Origin: an uncultured cyanobacterium
GTDB taxonomy: Bacteria; Cyanobacteriota; Cyanobacteriia; CAKZMO01
Direction: 5' to 3'
Length of the DNA: 64,000 nucleotides
NCBI GenBank assembly: GCA_963719515.1
Contig: CAVRCJ010000015.1
Span: 100,435 to 164,434 of the forward strand
Shown piece by piece: positions 37,608 through 47,722 of this stretch. The notes below the pieces were generated by a model. The model did not search any database. It was not told the origin of the DNA and was given only the letters and a program-made list of their open reading frames with translations. Each line of letters begins with the position of its first letter. Positions within the stretch are counted from its first letter, which is position 1. A program made the translations under genes and the position numbers.

Positions 37608-39545
37608 ATGGCCAAAGGAAAAGAAGATAAGCCTCTACAGGGGGGAAAAGGACCTTATCTGCTGTCTATAGAGGAAATTCCATCCAAGAATAGCTCTGAA
37701 GGTCAAGACCGTAAACGGCGCGCATACTTCGTGGGCAGTACGGCACCTAACAACGTCGAAAAAGGGGTCAATTATGTTGACTCCCCAGAGGATTGGATTA
37801 AAGATATTGCTAAAGCTCTGAGTCCCGAAAATCCTCAAGAGGCTGAAGAGGCTAAAAAGCAGCCTGAACTTCTCATTGCGATCCATGGCTACAACAACGC
37901 TGTGGGAACCTTTAAGTCAAAAGAGGGTAAAACAGGAGGAGAAGGCAAAAAAAAGGGTAGAGGGGTAAAGGGGTGGTACCACGATATCGGCGATCATATT
38001 GATCAGCATTGCCCAGAGCGCTCTGATAAATTTGTGCTGATCGGCTATCGGTGGCCCTCTGAGCAAATCAAGGGCATCAACCACGAATCATTCGGTAACG
38101 ACACGCTAGGGGCTAAGCTCAACTACGCCCGCCAGTCGCTGCCTGTAGCGCTAAAGGTGGTTGCGGCAGGGACGATCGCGGCTTTAGTGGGCCTGACGCT
38201 GAGCGCGTTGGCGACGAACTGGCCAGGGAGTCTAGCGTTCGGCATTATTGGCGTCATCACTATCGTTGCCGCGACGATAACGCTCTCCATTGTTTTGACG
38301 CTATTTTTGCTGAGAATTGCAGGCTATTTTCGAGACTCTTACCGGGCGACTAACTTTGGCATCACGGACTTGGTTGAGCTGCTTCGACAAATCGATAAAG
38401 CCGTCCTTGAGGCAACCTCTCAAAAGGCCGAAAGCGATTACTGGGAGAGGCCAGAGAACCGCATTAAGATCTCATTTATCGGCCACAGCATGGGCGGGTT
38501 TGTGGTGACCAACACCGTCCGCATTTTGTCAGACCTCTTCAAAAAAGATTCCGTCGGAACCCTCAAGCTTTCGTCAGACGCCCCTACCGACCCAGAGAAA
38601 AAAGTTAGTGAAGAGAAAAACCCCGATAGGCTTGTCGGTAACGTCTTTTCTTTGAGTCGCCTTGTTCTCGTTGCTCCCGATATTCCTGCTGAGACCCTTA
38701 TCTTGGGCCGCGCCAACTTCCTCAAATCCTCGCTTCGGCGATTTGAAGAAGCCTACCTTTTTAGCAACGAAGGGGATATGGCCCTAAAGCTGGCCTCTAC
38801 AGCAGCGAACTACGCCAGCTTTCCCGCCCGCACCCGTGAGGGCGGCTACCGGTTGGGCAATGTCGTGGTGCGACTGCCCAAAGGTCCATCTAACCCAACT
38901 TATGGCATCGTCAACCTAGCTGACTTGGAAGGGAGAACACCGGCGAAGCATTTCTTAAAATATCTATTTATCTTGCCATACACATCGCTATTCGATCGTC
39001 AAAAGCAGGTAAACCCTCTAGCTGAAGAGAAGCCGCAGAGCGAGGAAACGGAACACATTGCCGAGCTGTTCACCGTCTTCGACTGTACAGACTACTACGA
39101 ACTCGATAAGGATAAACCAACGAAGCGGGTCGGCATGCTGAGCCACGCCCTAGGCAAGCGATCGCTCAGCTTCCTCGACTACGTCTGGCTCACCCGCGCC
39201 TACTTCGCCGGAAAAATTGATACCCACGGCGGATACTTTTCAGCGGCGGATGTGGAGGGTTTTGGCTCTGAGGAACGACCCCGCCCTGAAGCCGAGCTTA
39301 CAAAGCACCTAATCTACGGCTTGGCCTCCCTTGGATTTGAGTCGCTGCTAGAGTCACCCCGGTTTATTCAGCTCTCAGAAACTACGTCTGACGCCTGCGG
39401 GGAAGGGGCTGCCTCTGAAACACCCGCCGCAATCCAGAAGCTATCGCAAATCTGCTGCGATCGCCAGATTCAGGTACTGCTCGCCCCCAAACGCTATCGG
39501 GAATGCACTGCTGAGCAGGGTGGTAATAAGGAGTATTCAGCCTAG
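37608..39545 (+). CDS. Alpha/beta hydrolase (DUF900-like) with internal TM hairpin
   Basis: IHGYNN, YRWPS, nucleophile GHSMG, LVAPDI and SNEGD.AL. Confidence 0.78.
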   Translation: MAKGKEDKPLQGGKGPYLLSIEEIPSKNSSEGQDRKRRAYFVGSTAPNNVEKGVNYVDSPEDWIKDIAKALSPENPQEAEEAKKQPELLIAIHGYNNAVGTFKSKEGKTGGEGKKKGRGVKGWYHDIGDHIDQHCPERSDKFVLIGYRWPSEQIKGINHESFGNDTLGAKLNYARQSLPVALKVVAAGTIAALVGLTLSALATNWPGSLAFGIIGVITIVAATITLSIVLTLFLLRIAGYFRDSYRATNFGITDLVELLRQIDKAVLEATSQKAESDYWERPENRIKISFIGHSMGGFVVTNTVRILSDLFKKDSVGTLKLSSDAPTDPEKKVSEEKNPDRLVGNVFSLSRLVLVAPDIPAETLILGRANFLKSSLRRFEEAYLFSNEGDMALKLASTAANYASFPARTREGGYRLGNVVVRLPKGPSNPTYGIVNLADLEGRTPAKHFLKYLFILPYTSLFDRQKQVNPLAEEKPQSEETEHIAELFTVFDCTDYYELDKDKPTKRVGMLSHALGKRSLSFLDYVWLTRAYFAGKIDTHGGYFSAADVEGFGSEERPRPEAELTKHLIYGLASLGFESLLESPRFIQLSETTSDACGEGAASETPAAIQKLSQICCDRQIQVLLAPKRYRECTAEQGGNKEYSA

Positions 39546-39547
39546 CG

Positions 39548-41380
39548 CTAGTAATGCGTTCCCGACTTGCGGTGATGCACGGCGGTCTTCACGTCCGCCT
39601 CTATCACCTCGCCTCGGTCCACTGTGGAATACACCACCCAGTGGTCACCGCACTCCATACGGCTTTTCACCCGGCATTCCAGGTAAGCCGATGCCCCGGC
39701 CAAAATAGGGCAGCCGTTCTCTCCCACCTTCGTTTCTACGCCGGCAAACCGGTCTTCCCCTGGCCCAAAGGGCTTCAGGAAATGCTTCATCAGGGGAATG
39801 TAGGCCCCCTCGGGCAAAATATTCAGCACAAAGTGGCTGTCGGGGTACATCAAAGACTCGATGGCCCGCTCCTTAGCCACCGACACCGTAAAGCCTGGCG
39901 GCGCAAACGTTGCCTGTGACACCCAAGAGGCCAACATGGCGCTGGACACGTCGTTTTGCTGAGTTGTGACAATGCATAGAGAGCCGACGATGCGACCGAC
40001 GGCCTGTTCGGTGGGCGCGATGGTGGACACCCCCGGCTTAGCGGTGAGCTGGGTTGCCTTCTTGCGCTTGCGGGCCTTTTTAATCGCCTGCACTAGATCT
40101 GTGCCGGCCTCCTCGCAGGTCTTGAGGGTGGCGTCGGTGGGGGTGAACTTGACGCGGATGGGGTCGAACGCGAAGGCGTATCCGGCGTCCTTGAGCTTGT
40201 CTTCCAGGTAGTCGATCGCCTCTCCGCTCCAGCCAAAAGAGCCAAAGACGCCCACGTACTTTTCGTTGGGAACGTTAGAGAGCATGACGCCCAGAGCCGT
40301 CTGCACCTGGGTGGGGGCGTGGCCGCCCAGCGTGGGCGATCCGATAATAAAGCCGTCGCACTGCTGGGCCACCGCCTTAATTTCGTCAGGGCTGGCCACC
40401 TCGCAGTTGATGGACTCCACGCGGCTGCCGGTTTTGGTTACCCCTCGGGCGATCGCCTGGGCTAGGGTCGCCGTGTTGCCGTAGGCGGAGGCGTAGAGCA
40501 GCGCCACCGACAGCTCTCGGCCCTGCTGCTTTTGACTCCACTGTCGGTAGGCGTTGGTGAGTTCGGTGACGCCAAAGCGCACTAAAGGGCCATGGCCCGT
40601 GGCGTACAGCCGCACGGGGGAGACCTCCGACAGCTTTTCCAGCACGGTCTGCACCTGGCGGGCGTGAGGAGCCATTAGGCAGTCGAAGTAGTAGCGGCGA
40701 TCGTCCTGCAGGGCTTCCCAGCCCTCGTCAAAGACAGCCTCGCCGCAGACGTGAGTCCCGAAGAACTTATCGGTGTAGAGCACCTGGGTTTGCGGGTCGT
40801 AGGTGGCGAGGGCGTCCGGGTAACGGGACATGGGAATAGGCACAAACTTGAGGCGGTGTCCCTGACCGAGGTCTAGGGTGTCGTCAGCGCCCTTGAGCAC
40901 CTTGAGGTTGAGGGCGTGGTCCGGCAGGGCCGACTTGAGGGCGATCGCCGCCGGGTTGGAGCAGGCAATGGTGACGTTGGGGGCGATCGCTAAGATTGCC
41001 TTGAGGGTTTCGGCGCGGTTGGGGTTGACGTGGCCCAGGATGATGTAGTCGAGCTGGGTGAGGTCTAAGGGATTCACTTCTGGAGCGCGGTATTCCTGCA
41101 CCACCCAGCGCAGCTGCGCCCACAGGTCGCTCCACATAGGCAGTTTAGCTTCAGCCTCTTGGGCAGGGGACTGCAGCGCACCCAGAAAACTCTCGGTGAA
41201 GGACTGGCCTGGGGGGTCTATGAGAGCGGTTTTGTCGGCGCGAATTAGATAGCTGTTGGCGGTGGTGCCTTTCTCACGGGCGTATTCGATCTCAAACCGC
41301 AGGCGGTTCCAGCTGCGGGAGCGATATACCGTCGTGTTGGCGGCGATTGGGGCGATTTGGACGTCGCGGGGAGTGTTCAT
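39548..41380 (-). CDS. flv1: Flavodiiron protein, Flv1/Flv2 class
   Basis: RSWNRLRFEIEY, non-canonical HVNPNR, flavodoxin SAYGNT and a C-terminal flavin reductase domain. Confidence 0.8.
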   Translation of the reverse strand: MNTPRDVQIAPIAANTTVYRSRSWNRLRFEIEYAREKGTTANSYLIRADKTALIDPPGQSFTESFLGALQSPAQEAEAKLPMWSDLWAQLRWVVQEYRAPEVNPLDLTQLDYIILGHVNPNRAETLKAILAIAPNVTIACSNPAAIALKSALPDHALNLKVLKGADDTLDLGQGHRLKFVPIPMSRYPDALATYDPQTQVLYTDKFFGTHVCGEAVFDEGWEALQDDRRYYFDCLMAPHARQVQTVLEKLSEVSPVRLYATGHGPLVRFGVTELTNAYRQWSQKQQGRELSVALLYASAYGNTATLAQAIARGVTKTGSRVESINCEVASPDEIKAVAQQCDGFIIGSPTLGGHAPTQVQTALGVMLSNVPNEKYVGVFGSFGWSGEAIDYLEDKLKDAGYAFAFDPIRVKFTPTDATLKTCEEAGTDLVQAIKKARKRKKATQLTAKPGVSTIAPTEQAVGRIVGSLCIVTTQQNDVSSAMLASWVSQATFAPPGFTVSVAKERAIESLMYPDSHFVLNILPEGAYIPLMKHFLKPFGPGEDRFAGVETKVGENGCPILAGASAYLECRVKSRMECGDHWVVYSTVDRGEVIEADVKTAVHHRKSGTHY

Positions 41381-41821
41381 GGGTTTTAAGGTAAGCGCTT
41401 GACAGGTCTCAAGGCCCCCTACGCCCCAACCCTTTGAGGGACCAGGCTACAGGATAAAATTCCTGCCGGTACATATTAGCGTAAGGTCTTTTCTCTGTGA
41501 CCAAGCGAATGGACAAAACAGCAAAGCCTTGATCCTCAAAACACACCACTGGTGAGTGAAAGAAGATGTAGCGATCGTACTACATTAGTGAGCCAGATCT
41601 GCGCCCTCTGCGATGGTGTTGGCGTAGTCTCGCTTGCGGAGACAGCCATTCCTTCGCAAAGCGTCTTCGCAAGCGTTAGGGAGAATCGTGTGATCGAAAA
41701 AGCGCCGCGCATAAGGCCTGCTTATGGGATAGGCCTGCAATTGTGAGGCAACCTTTCGTCAAAAGACCGCCCACAGGTGAAGCGATCGCATAAACTAAAT
41801 ACTATGGTATTCGATGAAAGC

Positions 41822-41837
41822 ATAGAGTTTTGACTAT
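41822..41837. promoter_or_regulatory. ATAG-N8-CTAT box (NdhR/CcmR-type)
   Basis: ATAGagttttgaCTAT, between flv1 and the 80-aa gene. Confidence 0.62.
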
Positions 41838-42079
41838 ATACTGAATTTGGCTAACTCAAAGCTGTGCCCCTGTTTTCGAACATGCGACATCTAACCTGTG
41901 CAGCCACCTGATGGGCGCTGTACAGGTTAGATGTTCTAGGCTCCGCGTGGAGCGTGGAGCTAGAACGCCACTTATTTAACCAGCCTTTTTGCTGTAATAG
42001 GTGGTTCTTGAGCAAGTATTCCGTGTGATACAGCCATCGCCCTGTTAACGATACATACGATAGGTATGGAGTGAAGATC

Positions 42080-42322
42080 ATGAATAAGTTTGAATCGAAG
42101 CAGTCGCAATCTAAGCTGAATACTGATGAAGGCTGGGCCGTGCAGATATATGGCAGCAACCGCCGCTTGCTCTGTGTCTTAGAACCTTCTCACGGCTGGA
42201 TTTTTCTAGCGGGCTGTTGTGCGGGTTTGTTGTTGTCAATTATTTGGTTTAACGCAGCCCGCTATAGTTCTCCGGGCAAACCGATCGCCCCAACCGAATC
42301 TCCGGCATTCCAGGTAGATTAG
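42080..42322 (+). CDS. 80-aa single-TM protein upstream of sbtAB
   Basis: GGAG upstream of the ATG. WAVQIY...RRLLC.LEPSH.W followed by a hydrophobic helix. Confidence 0.7.
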   Translation: MNKFESKQSQSKLNTDEGWAVQIYGSNRRLLCVLEPSHGWIFLAGCCAGLLLSIIWFNAARYSSPGKPIAPTESPAFQVD

Positions 42323-42342
42323 GGCACCGTACTGCGAAGAAG

Positions 42343-43700
42343 TTGACTACTCCCACGGCTAAAGCGCGTGGGATTCTTGGATTGCTCCAAGACTTTTCTG
42401 CTTCGTAGCACCTGCCTTCCGAGATTTGCTCTCCATGCGCGAAGCGCAGGCTTCGCCAACGGGTCTTACGGTCGCTCCACAGACTGACACCGCTAGACCC
42501 GCGGCCAATACGTTTACAGCAGCGTTTACGTCTCTATCATGCTTCACTTCGCACTCAGGGCACTGCCACCCTCGAATATTCAGCGGCAGCTTATCTACAA
42601 CGTGACCGCAGCTGCCACAGCGCTTAGAGCTGGGGAACCAGCGGTCTATCTTGACGAGCTCCCGCCCGTACCATTCGCACTTGTAGGTAAGCTGCCGCAC
42701 CAGCTCACCCCAACTCGCATCACTGATAGCCTGCGCCAGTTTGTGGTTTTTCACCATGTTCCCCGCTGCTAAGTCCTCGACGGCGATCGCTTGGTTTTCG
42801 CGCACCAGCCGGGTTGTCAGCTTGTGTTCGCGAAGCGTCCCGAAGGGAAGCAGGTCTTTGCGGGCATTGGCTATCTCGGCGTGGACCCTAGCCACCCTGA
42901 GCCGCGCTTTGTATCGGTTGTTCGAGTCCTCTTGCTTCCGGCTGAGCGCCTTTTGAGCTTTCCTCAGCTTGCGGTACTTGGCCTTGAAGCCCTTGGGGTT
43001 AGCCATCTTCTCACCTGTGCTCAGCGTGAGCAGACTGGTGATGCCCATGTCTAGCCTAACTTTGTTAGGAGATTGCGGCAGGGGCTCAATCTCTACCTCC
43101 ACCAACAGCGACACAAACCAGCGTCCTGCAGGCGTCAGCTTCACCGTGATGGTCGATGGTGCGGCATCTTTCGGGAGCTGGCGCGACCACCTAATCGGCA
43201 ATGGCCCGCAGCACTTAGCTAGGTAAACTTGACCGCCCTTAAACTTGAATGCCGCCTTGGTAAACTCCGCGCTGCCGCCGTTGCGCTTCTTTTTGAAGTT
43301 GGGATACTTAGCCCGACCGGCGAAGAAGTTAGTGAAGGCGGTCTGCAGATGTCTCAGCCCCTGTTGAAGGGGAACCGAGCTAACCTCAGTAAGAAATTCA
43401 AGGCCCTCCTCTTTTTTCCACTGGGTCAGCATCGACGAGGTTTGAGCGTAGCCGACGCCCTCTTGCTTCTGGTACCAGGCCTCAGTCCTTGCCGCCAAAG
43501 CGCGGTTGTAGACCAGGCGAGTACACCCCATTGTCCAGCGCAAGAGCAACTCTTGCTCAGCAGTAGGATAGAAGCGGTAGCGGTAAGCCTTTTGAACCAT
43601 ACTTACAGTCTAAGACTCGCCGTGTAAAGTATGAATATGTTCGCTACGCTCACCGCTTTATACCCCACCGCTAAAGCGGATGGGTTTTACGGCGACCTCT
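42343..43700 (-). mobile_element. IS200/IS605-family tnpB-only element (TTAT/TCAA type)
   Basis: ATAA (=TTAT) at 43701-43704, subterminal hairpins, and TTGA (=TCAA) at 42343-42346. Confidence 0.9.
42359..43600 (-). CDS. tnpB: RNA-guided endonuclease TnpB
   Basis: AYRYRFYPT, RuvC residues LDMG, VEDL and DRDVNAA, Zn finger CGSC/CPEC. Confidence 0.95.
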   Translation of the reverse strand: MVQKAYRYRFYPTAEQELLLRWTMGCTRLVYNRALAARTEAWYQKQEGVGYAQTSSMLTQWKKEEGLEFLTEVSSVPLQQGLRHLQTAFTNFFAGRAKYPNFKKKRNGGSAEFTKAAFKFKGGQVYLAKCCGPLPIRWSRQLPKDAAPSTITVKLTPAGRWFVSLLVEVEIEPLPQSPNKVRLDMGITSLLTLSTGEKMANPKGFKAKYRKLRKAQKALSRKQEDSNNRYKARLRVARVHAEIANARKDLLPFGTLREHKLTTRLVRENQAIAVEDLAAGNMVKNHKLAQAISDASWGELVRQLTYKCEWYGRELVKIDRWFPSSKRCGSCGHVVDKLPLNIRGWQCPECEVKHDRDVNAAVNVLAAGLAVSVCGATVRPVGEACASRMESKSRKAGATKQKSLGAIQESHAL

Positions 43701-43818
43701 ATAACTTTTATTAACCAAAGATATCAAAGGATCGCCAAACAAAAGAAAATCTTATAGCTTGCATTTGAGATTGCGTTCCTGATTCGCGCTGACTGTCATA
43801 AATCAGGGCATTTTTGAT

Positions 43819-43866
43819 ATAGACTCAAGTATATACAGATTCGGCTTTCGATAGAGCTTTGTCTAT
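43819..43866. promoter_or_regulatory. Two ATAG-N8-CTAT-type boxes upstream of sbtA
   Basis: 43851-43866 is perfect (ATAGagctttgtCTAT). 43819-43834 has one mismatch. Confidence 0.68.
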
Positions 43867-44253
43867 GGAAGATGGCTTCGCCTTTCAGCCGCGTTTGGAG
43901 AGCGGCCACCTCCAGACAGTCTGCCAGCAGGTTCTCCTGTAAGCCCTGTGCTGTAAAGGCGAAGCGCTCTATCCCTAGCTTTTTCCAACTCTCACTTGTC
44001 ACAACAATCACGCCTCTCGCAAGGCGGTGGAAGGAGGTATTTATGACAAATTTCTCTCGCATGGCCCATCAGGACTTTCTGCGCGCCGCAGAAGCTCCCG
44101 CAGCCGGCTCTGTTGGCGTATTCCCCGAATGCGCAACCATTTTTCATTGCTACTGCCGATGAATGACCGCTACCCCCTCGAGGGGGTAGACAAAAACGCC
44201 TTCCTAGACATATCGCTCAAATCCTACGAACCAACTACTGGAGGTATTACAAA

Positions 44254-45375
44254 GTGGATTTTTTCTCTGATTTCTTGACGCTCTTCCTGGCGAAGTTGCA
44301 GTCCCCAACCCTTGGCTTTTTGATTGGTGGCATGGTCGTTGCCGCCGTCAATAGCCGACTGACAATTCCAGATCCGGTCTATAAATTCATCGTCTTCATG
44401 CTGCTCATCAAAGTCGGTCTGAGCGGCGGCATTGCAATCCGTAATGCCAACCTATTGGAGATGCTGTTACCTGCACTATTTGCCATGGTAATAGGGATTC
44501 TTATCGTGTTCATCGGGCGCTATACGCTAGCCAAGCTACCGAACGTCAGAGTCGTAGATGCCATTGCGACCGCGGGCCTGTTCGGTGCCGTGAGCGGCTC
44601 TACCCTTGCCGCCGGTCTAACGATCCTGGAAACGGAAGGCATCGAATACGAAGCTTGGGCGGCGGCACTCTATCCTTTTATGGATATCCCAGCACTCGTG
44701 ACGGCGATCGTCTTGGCCAGCATCTATACCAAAAAGCAGCGCGATACCGCAGATGAGTATCTCAGCAAGCAGGAGTATCACGGCAAACAGCTCGTTACCG
44801 CAGGCGGACGTCCCAGCGGAGATCAAGACATTGTCGCAAGCGGATACCCCAGAGATCAGCGCCCTGAAAACGATCGGGTCAAGATATGGCCCATCGTCAA
44901 GGAAAGCCTCCAGGGTTCTGCTCTGTCTGCCCTGCTGCTCGGCATCGCTCTAGGTCTGCTAACCCGACCGGAAAGCGTCTTTGAAAGCTTCTACGAGCCC
45001 CTGTTCCGCGGCCTGCTTTCGATACTGATGCTGGTAATGGGGATGGAAGCTACGGCAAGGCTTGGTGAGCTGCGCAAAGTGGGCCAGTGGTACGGCCTAT
45101 ATGCTGCAGTAGCGCCCTTGCTGCACGGGCTCATCGGGTTCGGTCTCGGCTGGATTGCCCACGTCCTTACAGGATTCAGCCTTGGCGGCGTCGTGCTCCT
45201 AGCCGTCATTGCTTCCTCTAGTTCAGACATCTCGGGACCGCCCACTCTGCGAGCTGGTATCCCATCGGCCAATCCCTCCGCCTACATCGGCTCGTCTACA
45301 GCCGTCGGTACGCCGATTGCGCTTGCCGTAGGAATACCGCTCTTCATTGGGCTTGCCCAGGCGCTGGGCGGCTGA
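44254..45375 (+). CDS. sbtA: Na+-dependent bicarbonate transporter SbtA
   Basis: LQSPTLGFLIGG, FGAVSGST, YPFMDIPA and SSSDISGPPT. Confidence 0.93.
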   Translation: MDFFSDFLTLFLAKLQSPTLGFLIGGMVVAAVNSRLTIPDPVYKFIVFMLLIKVGLSGGIAIRNANLLEMLLPALFAMVIGILIVFIGRYTLAKLPNVRVVDAIATAGLFGAVSGSTLAAGLTILETEGIEYEAWAAALYPFMDIPALVTAIVLASIYTKKQRDTADEYLSKQEYHGKQLVTAGGRPSGDQDIVASGYPRDQRPENDRVKIWPIVKESLQGSALSALLLGIALGLLTRPESVFESFYEPLFRGLLSILMLVMGMEATARLGELRKVGQWYGLYAAVAPLLHGLIGFGLGWIAHVLTGFSLGGVVLLAVIASSSSDISGPPTLRAGIPSANPSAYIGSSTAVGTPIALAVGIPLFIGLAQALGG

Positions 45376-45441
45376 TTCTAAAAAGACTCTTGGTCTGCCG
45401 GTGCTCCCTTTGACCCGGCGACCAGCGCGGCGGCCCAGTGA

Positions 45442-45861
<420 letters not shown>

Positions 45862-45887
45862 GCTAGAGCTCCGCTGAATCAAACCCG

Positions 45888-45916
45888 AAAAGCCGGGGTT
45901 ATAGCCCTGGCTTTTT
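45888..45916 (+). terminator. Intrinsic terminator after sbtB
   Basis: aaaagccgggg-ttatag-ccctggcttttt. Confidence 0.75.
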
Positions 45917-46018
45917 GGTGTCCGCACTTCGTGTTCGCCGGATGTTGACAAGCAACTCCGATAGTTAACTCACATTCGGCTTACGAGGAATCCGGCATTG
46001 GGGATTGTCTGAATCTCT

Positions 46019-47530
46019 TCAGAGGTGCGAGACTGCGCCATAGACGTCGGGGTTGTCACCCTCTAGGTCAAGGGCATTAGATGCTGCGTTGTCGACGTAC
46101 GTCGGTGGGGCTCCCAGCACCAGTACGCGAGGGGGGAAGACCGCCGATGTCGGTCGGTCTGACATCACGAAAAGCGCCCCGCCTTTCCCTCGCCCAGACC
46201 TATGGCCTAAACCGGCCAGGGCCAGATTGCCCTCAAAATGCACATGGTTCAAAATCAGGCTGCCGGAGCGCACAAAGACCGCGCCGCCCAAGCCAGCACC
46301 ACCGCCCCCCACGCCAAGAAACCCATTCCCCCCAAAGAGGCCGCCCCGCCCCGGCAGTCCTGAATTGTCCCCGGCCCCGCCGCTGCCGCCAAAACCTCCC
46401 GCCCCGCCGCCGCCGCCAAAGCCACCGCTTCCCCCGTTGCCACCACTGCCGCCCGCGGCAACCTCTATTGTCCCGATGCCGCCATTGCCCCCGTTGCCTG
46501 CATTCCCGTAGCCGCCAAAGCCCCCGCCGCCGCCAAAGGCGATCGCCCCCGCACTGCTCCCCGATCCCCCCGCGCCAAAGCCGCCGAAAATGCCCGTACC
46601 GCCGTCGCCGCCGTCGCCGCCGCTGCCGCCATTGCCGCCGTCCGCGCCGTTGCCGCCGTTGCCGCCGTTGCCGCCGTTGGCAAAGCCGCCAAAGCCACCC
46701 CCACCCCCGAAAACAATGCTGCCAATGCCGTTGATGCCGATGCCGTTGACCCCGGCGATCGCCCCCCGATTGGCCTTGAGTTTTGTTTTGCCCCACCTGA
46801 TGTCAATCTGCGGCCTGCTTTCTGCGGGAGCGCCGGGAAGACTGACGCCGTTGACTCCCGCGATCGCCCCCCGGTTCACCTTCAGCTGGGTTATGCCTTG
46901 GCTCTGAATTTCAATGTGCGGGGCCAACCGCTGGCTGCCCCGCCCGCCGACGGCCTGATTGTTTAAAAACTGGACGTGCACCAGGTGCACAACGCCCCCA
47001 TTGACCAAAAGTCCCCCCCCCATTCCGGCACTCCCCCCCCCTCCGCCAGCGCCATCTTCACCCTGGGCCAACCCGTTGGCAAAGGTCACGCCCTGGATCG
47101 TGACATCGCCGCCGTCAATCTGGAGGATGCGGTGGCGAGACTCACCGCTGATAGTGAGACGGCCATTGCCCCGCATTGTCAAGCTGCTGGTCAGGGACGG
47201 TAGGGGGCTTTGCAGCGCGACCGTCCCCTCAATCTCGCCTAGATCGAGCAAATCGTCGTCAGGTGATTCGTTGGCTTGCGCGATCGCCCAGCGCAGCGAT
47301 CCAACCCCGGCATCGGTTGTTGTGGTGACCTGAATCGGCTTTACGTGCAGTGGGGCTGCTTGATCCGCTGCTGTTTGGGCCGTTTCTATCTGGGCCATGA
47401 GAGGCCGCCCTTCATAAACGCTGGCTTCCGCCCCTAGGTTGAGCCACTCGAACCTAACATCGAGCCACCCGATCACCAGGAGACCCAAGATGATAAGCAG
47501 ACCATTCCGCCAGCTGTAGCCGCTATTCAT
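46019..47530 (-). CDS. Secreted/anchored glycine-rich protein with beta-helix-like repeats
   Basis: N-terminal TM, VTTTTDAG.GSLRWAI..AN motif, GGxGGxG repeats and GGA..F..N.A repeats. Confidence 0.75.
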   Translation of the reverse strand: MNSGYSWRNGLLIILGLLVIGWLDVRFEWLNLGAEASVYEGRPLMAQIETAQTAADQAAPLHVKPIQVTTTTDAGVGSLRWAIAQANESPDDDLLDLGEIEGTVALQSPLPSLTSSLTMRGNGRLTISGESRHRILQIDGGDVTIQGVTFANGLAQGEDGAGGGGGSAGMGGGLLVNGGVVHLVHVQFLNNQAVGGRGSQRLAPHIEIQSQGITQLKVNRGAIAGVNGVSLPGAPAESRPQIDIRWGKTKLKANRGAIAGVNGIGINGIGSIVFGGGGGFGGFANGGNGGNGGNGADGGNGGSGGDGGDGGTGIFGGFGAGGSGSSAGAIAFGGGGGFGGYGNAGNGGNGGIGTIEVAAGGSGGNGGSGGFGGGGGAGGFGGSGGAGDNSGLPGRGGLFGGNGFLGVGGGGAGLGGAVFVRSGSLILNHVHFEGNLALAGLGHRSGRGKGGALFVMSDRPTSAVFPPRVLVLGAPPTYVDNAASNALDLEGDNPDVYGAVSHL

Positions 47531-47645
47531 TTAGCCTATCTCTCGCGCTAACAAAGCAGGTCAAGCAACAGCGCCACGAGTTCAGCGCCGCTATGGGGCA
47601 ACCCTCAAAGTCGCTCAAAGGACACAGCCGTCAATTTTGGGCTGT

Positions 47646-47660
47646 TGTATACGGTATGCA
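47646..47660. promoter_or_regulatory. GntR-type operator 1
   Basis: TGTATACGGTATGCA upstream of gntR. Confidence 0.7.
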
Positions 47661-47722
47661 CAGCTAAGATGATAATACTTCTCAGCCTATCCAGCTGATT
47701 CTCAACCGCTCAATTTTGCTAA

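Noticed and set aside
46053..47333. Pro-rich and Arg-rich ORFs overlapping the Gly-rich gene
   Set aside because: Shadow frames of GGC repeats.
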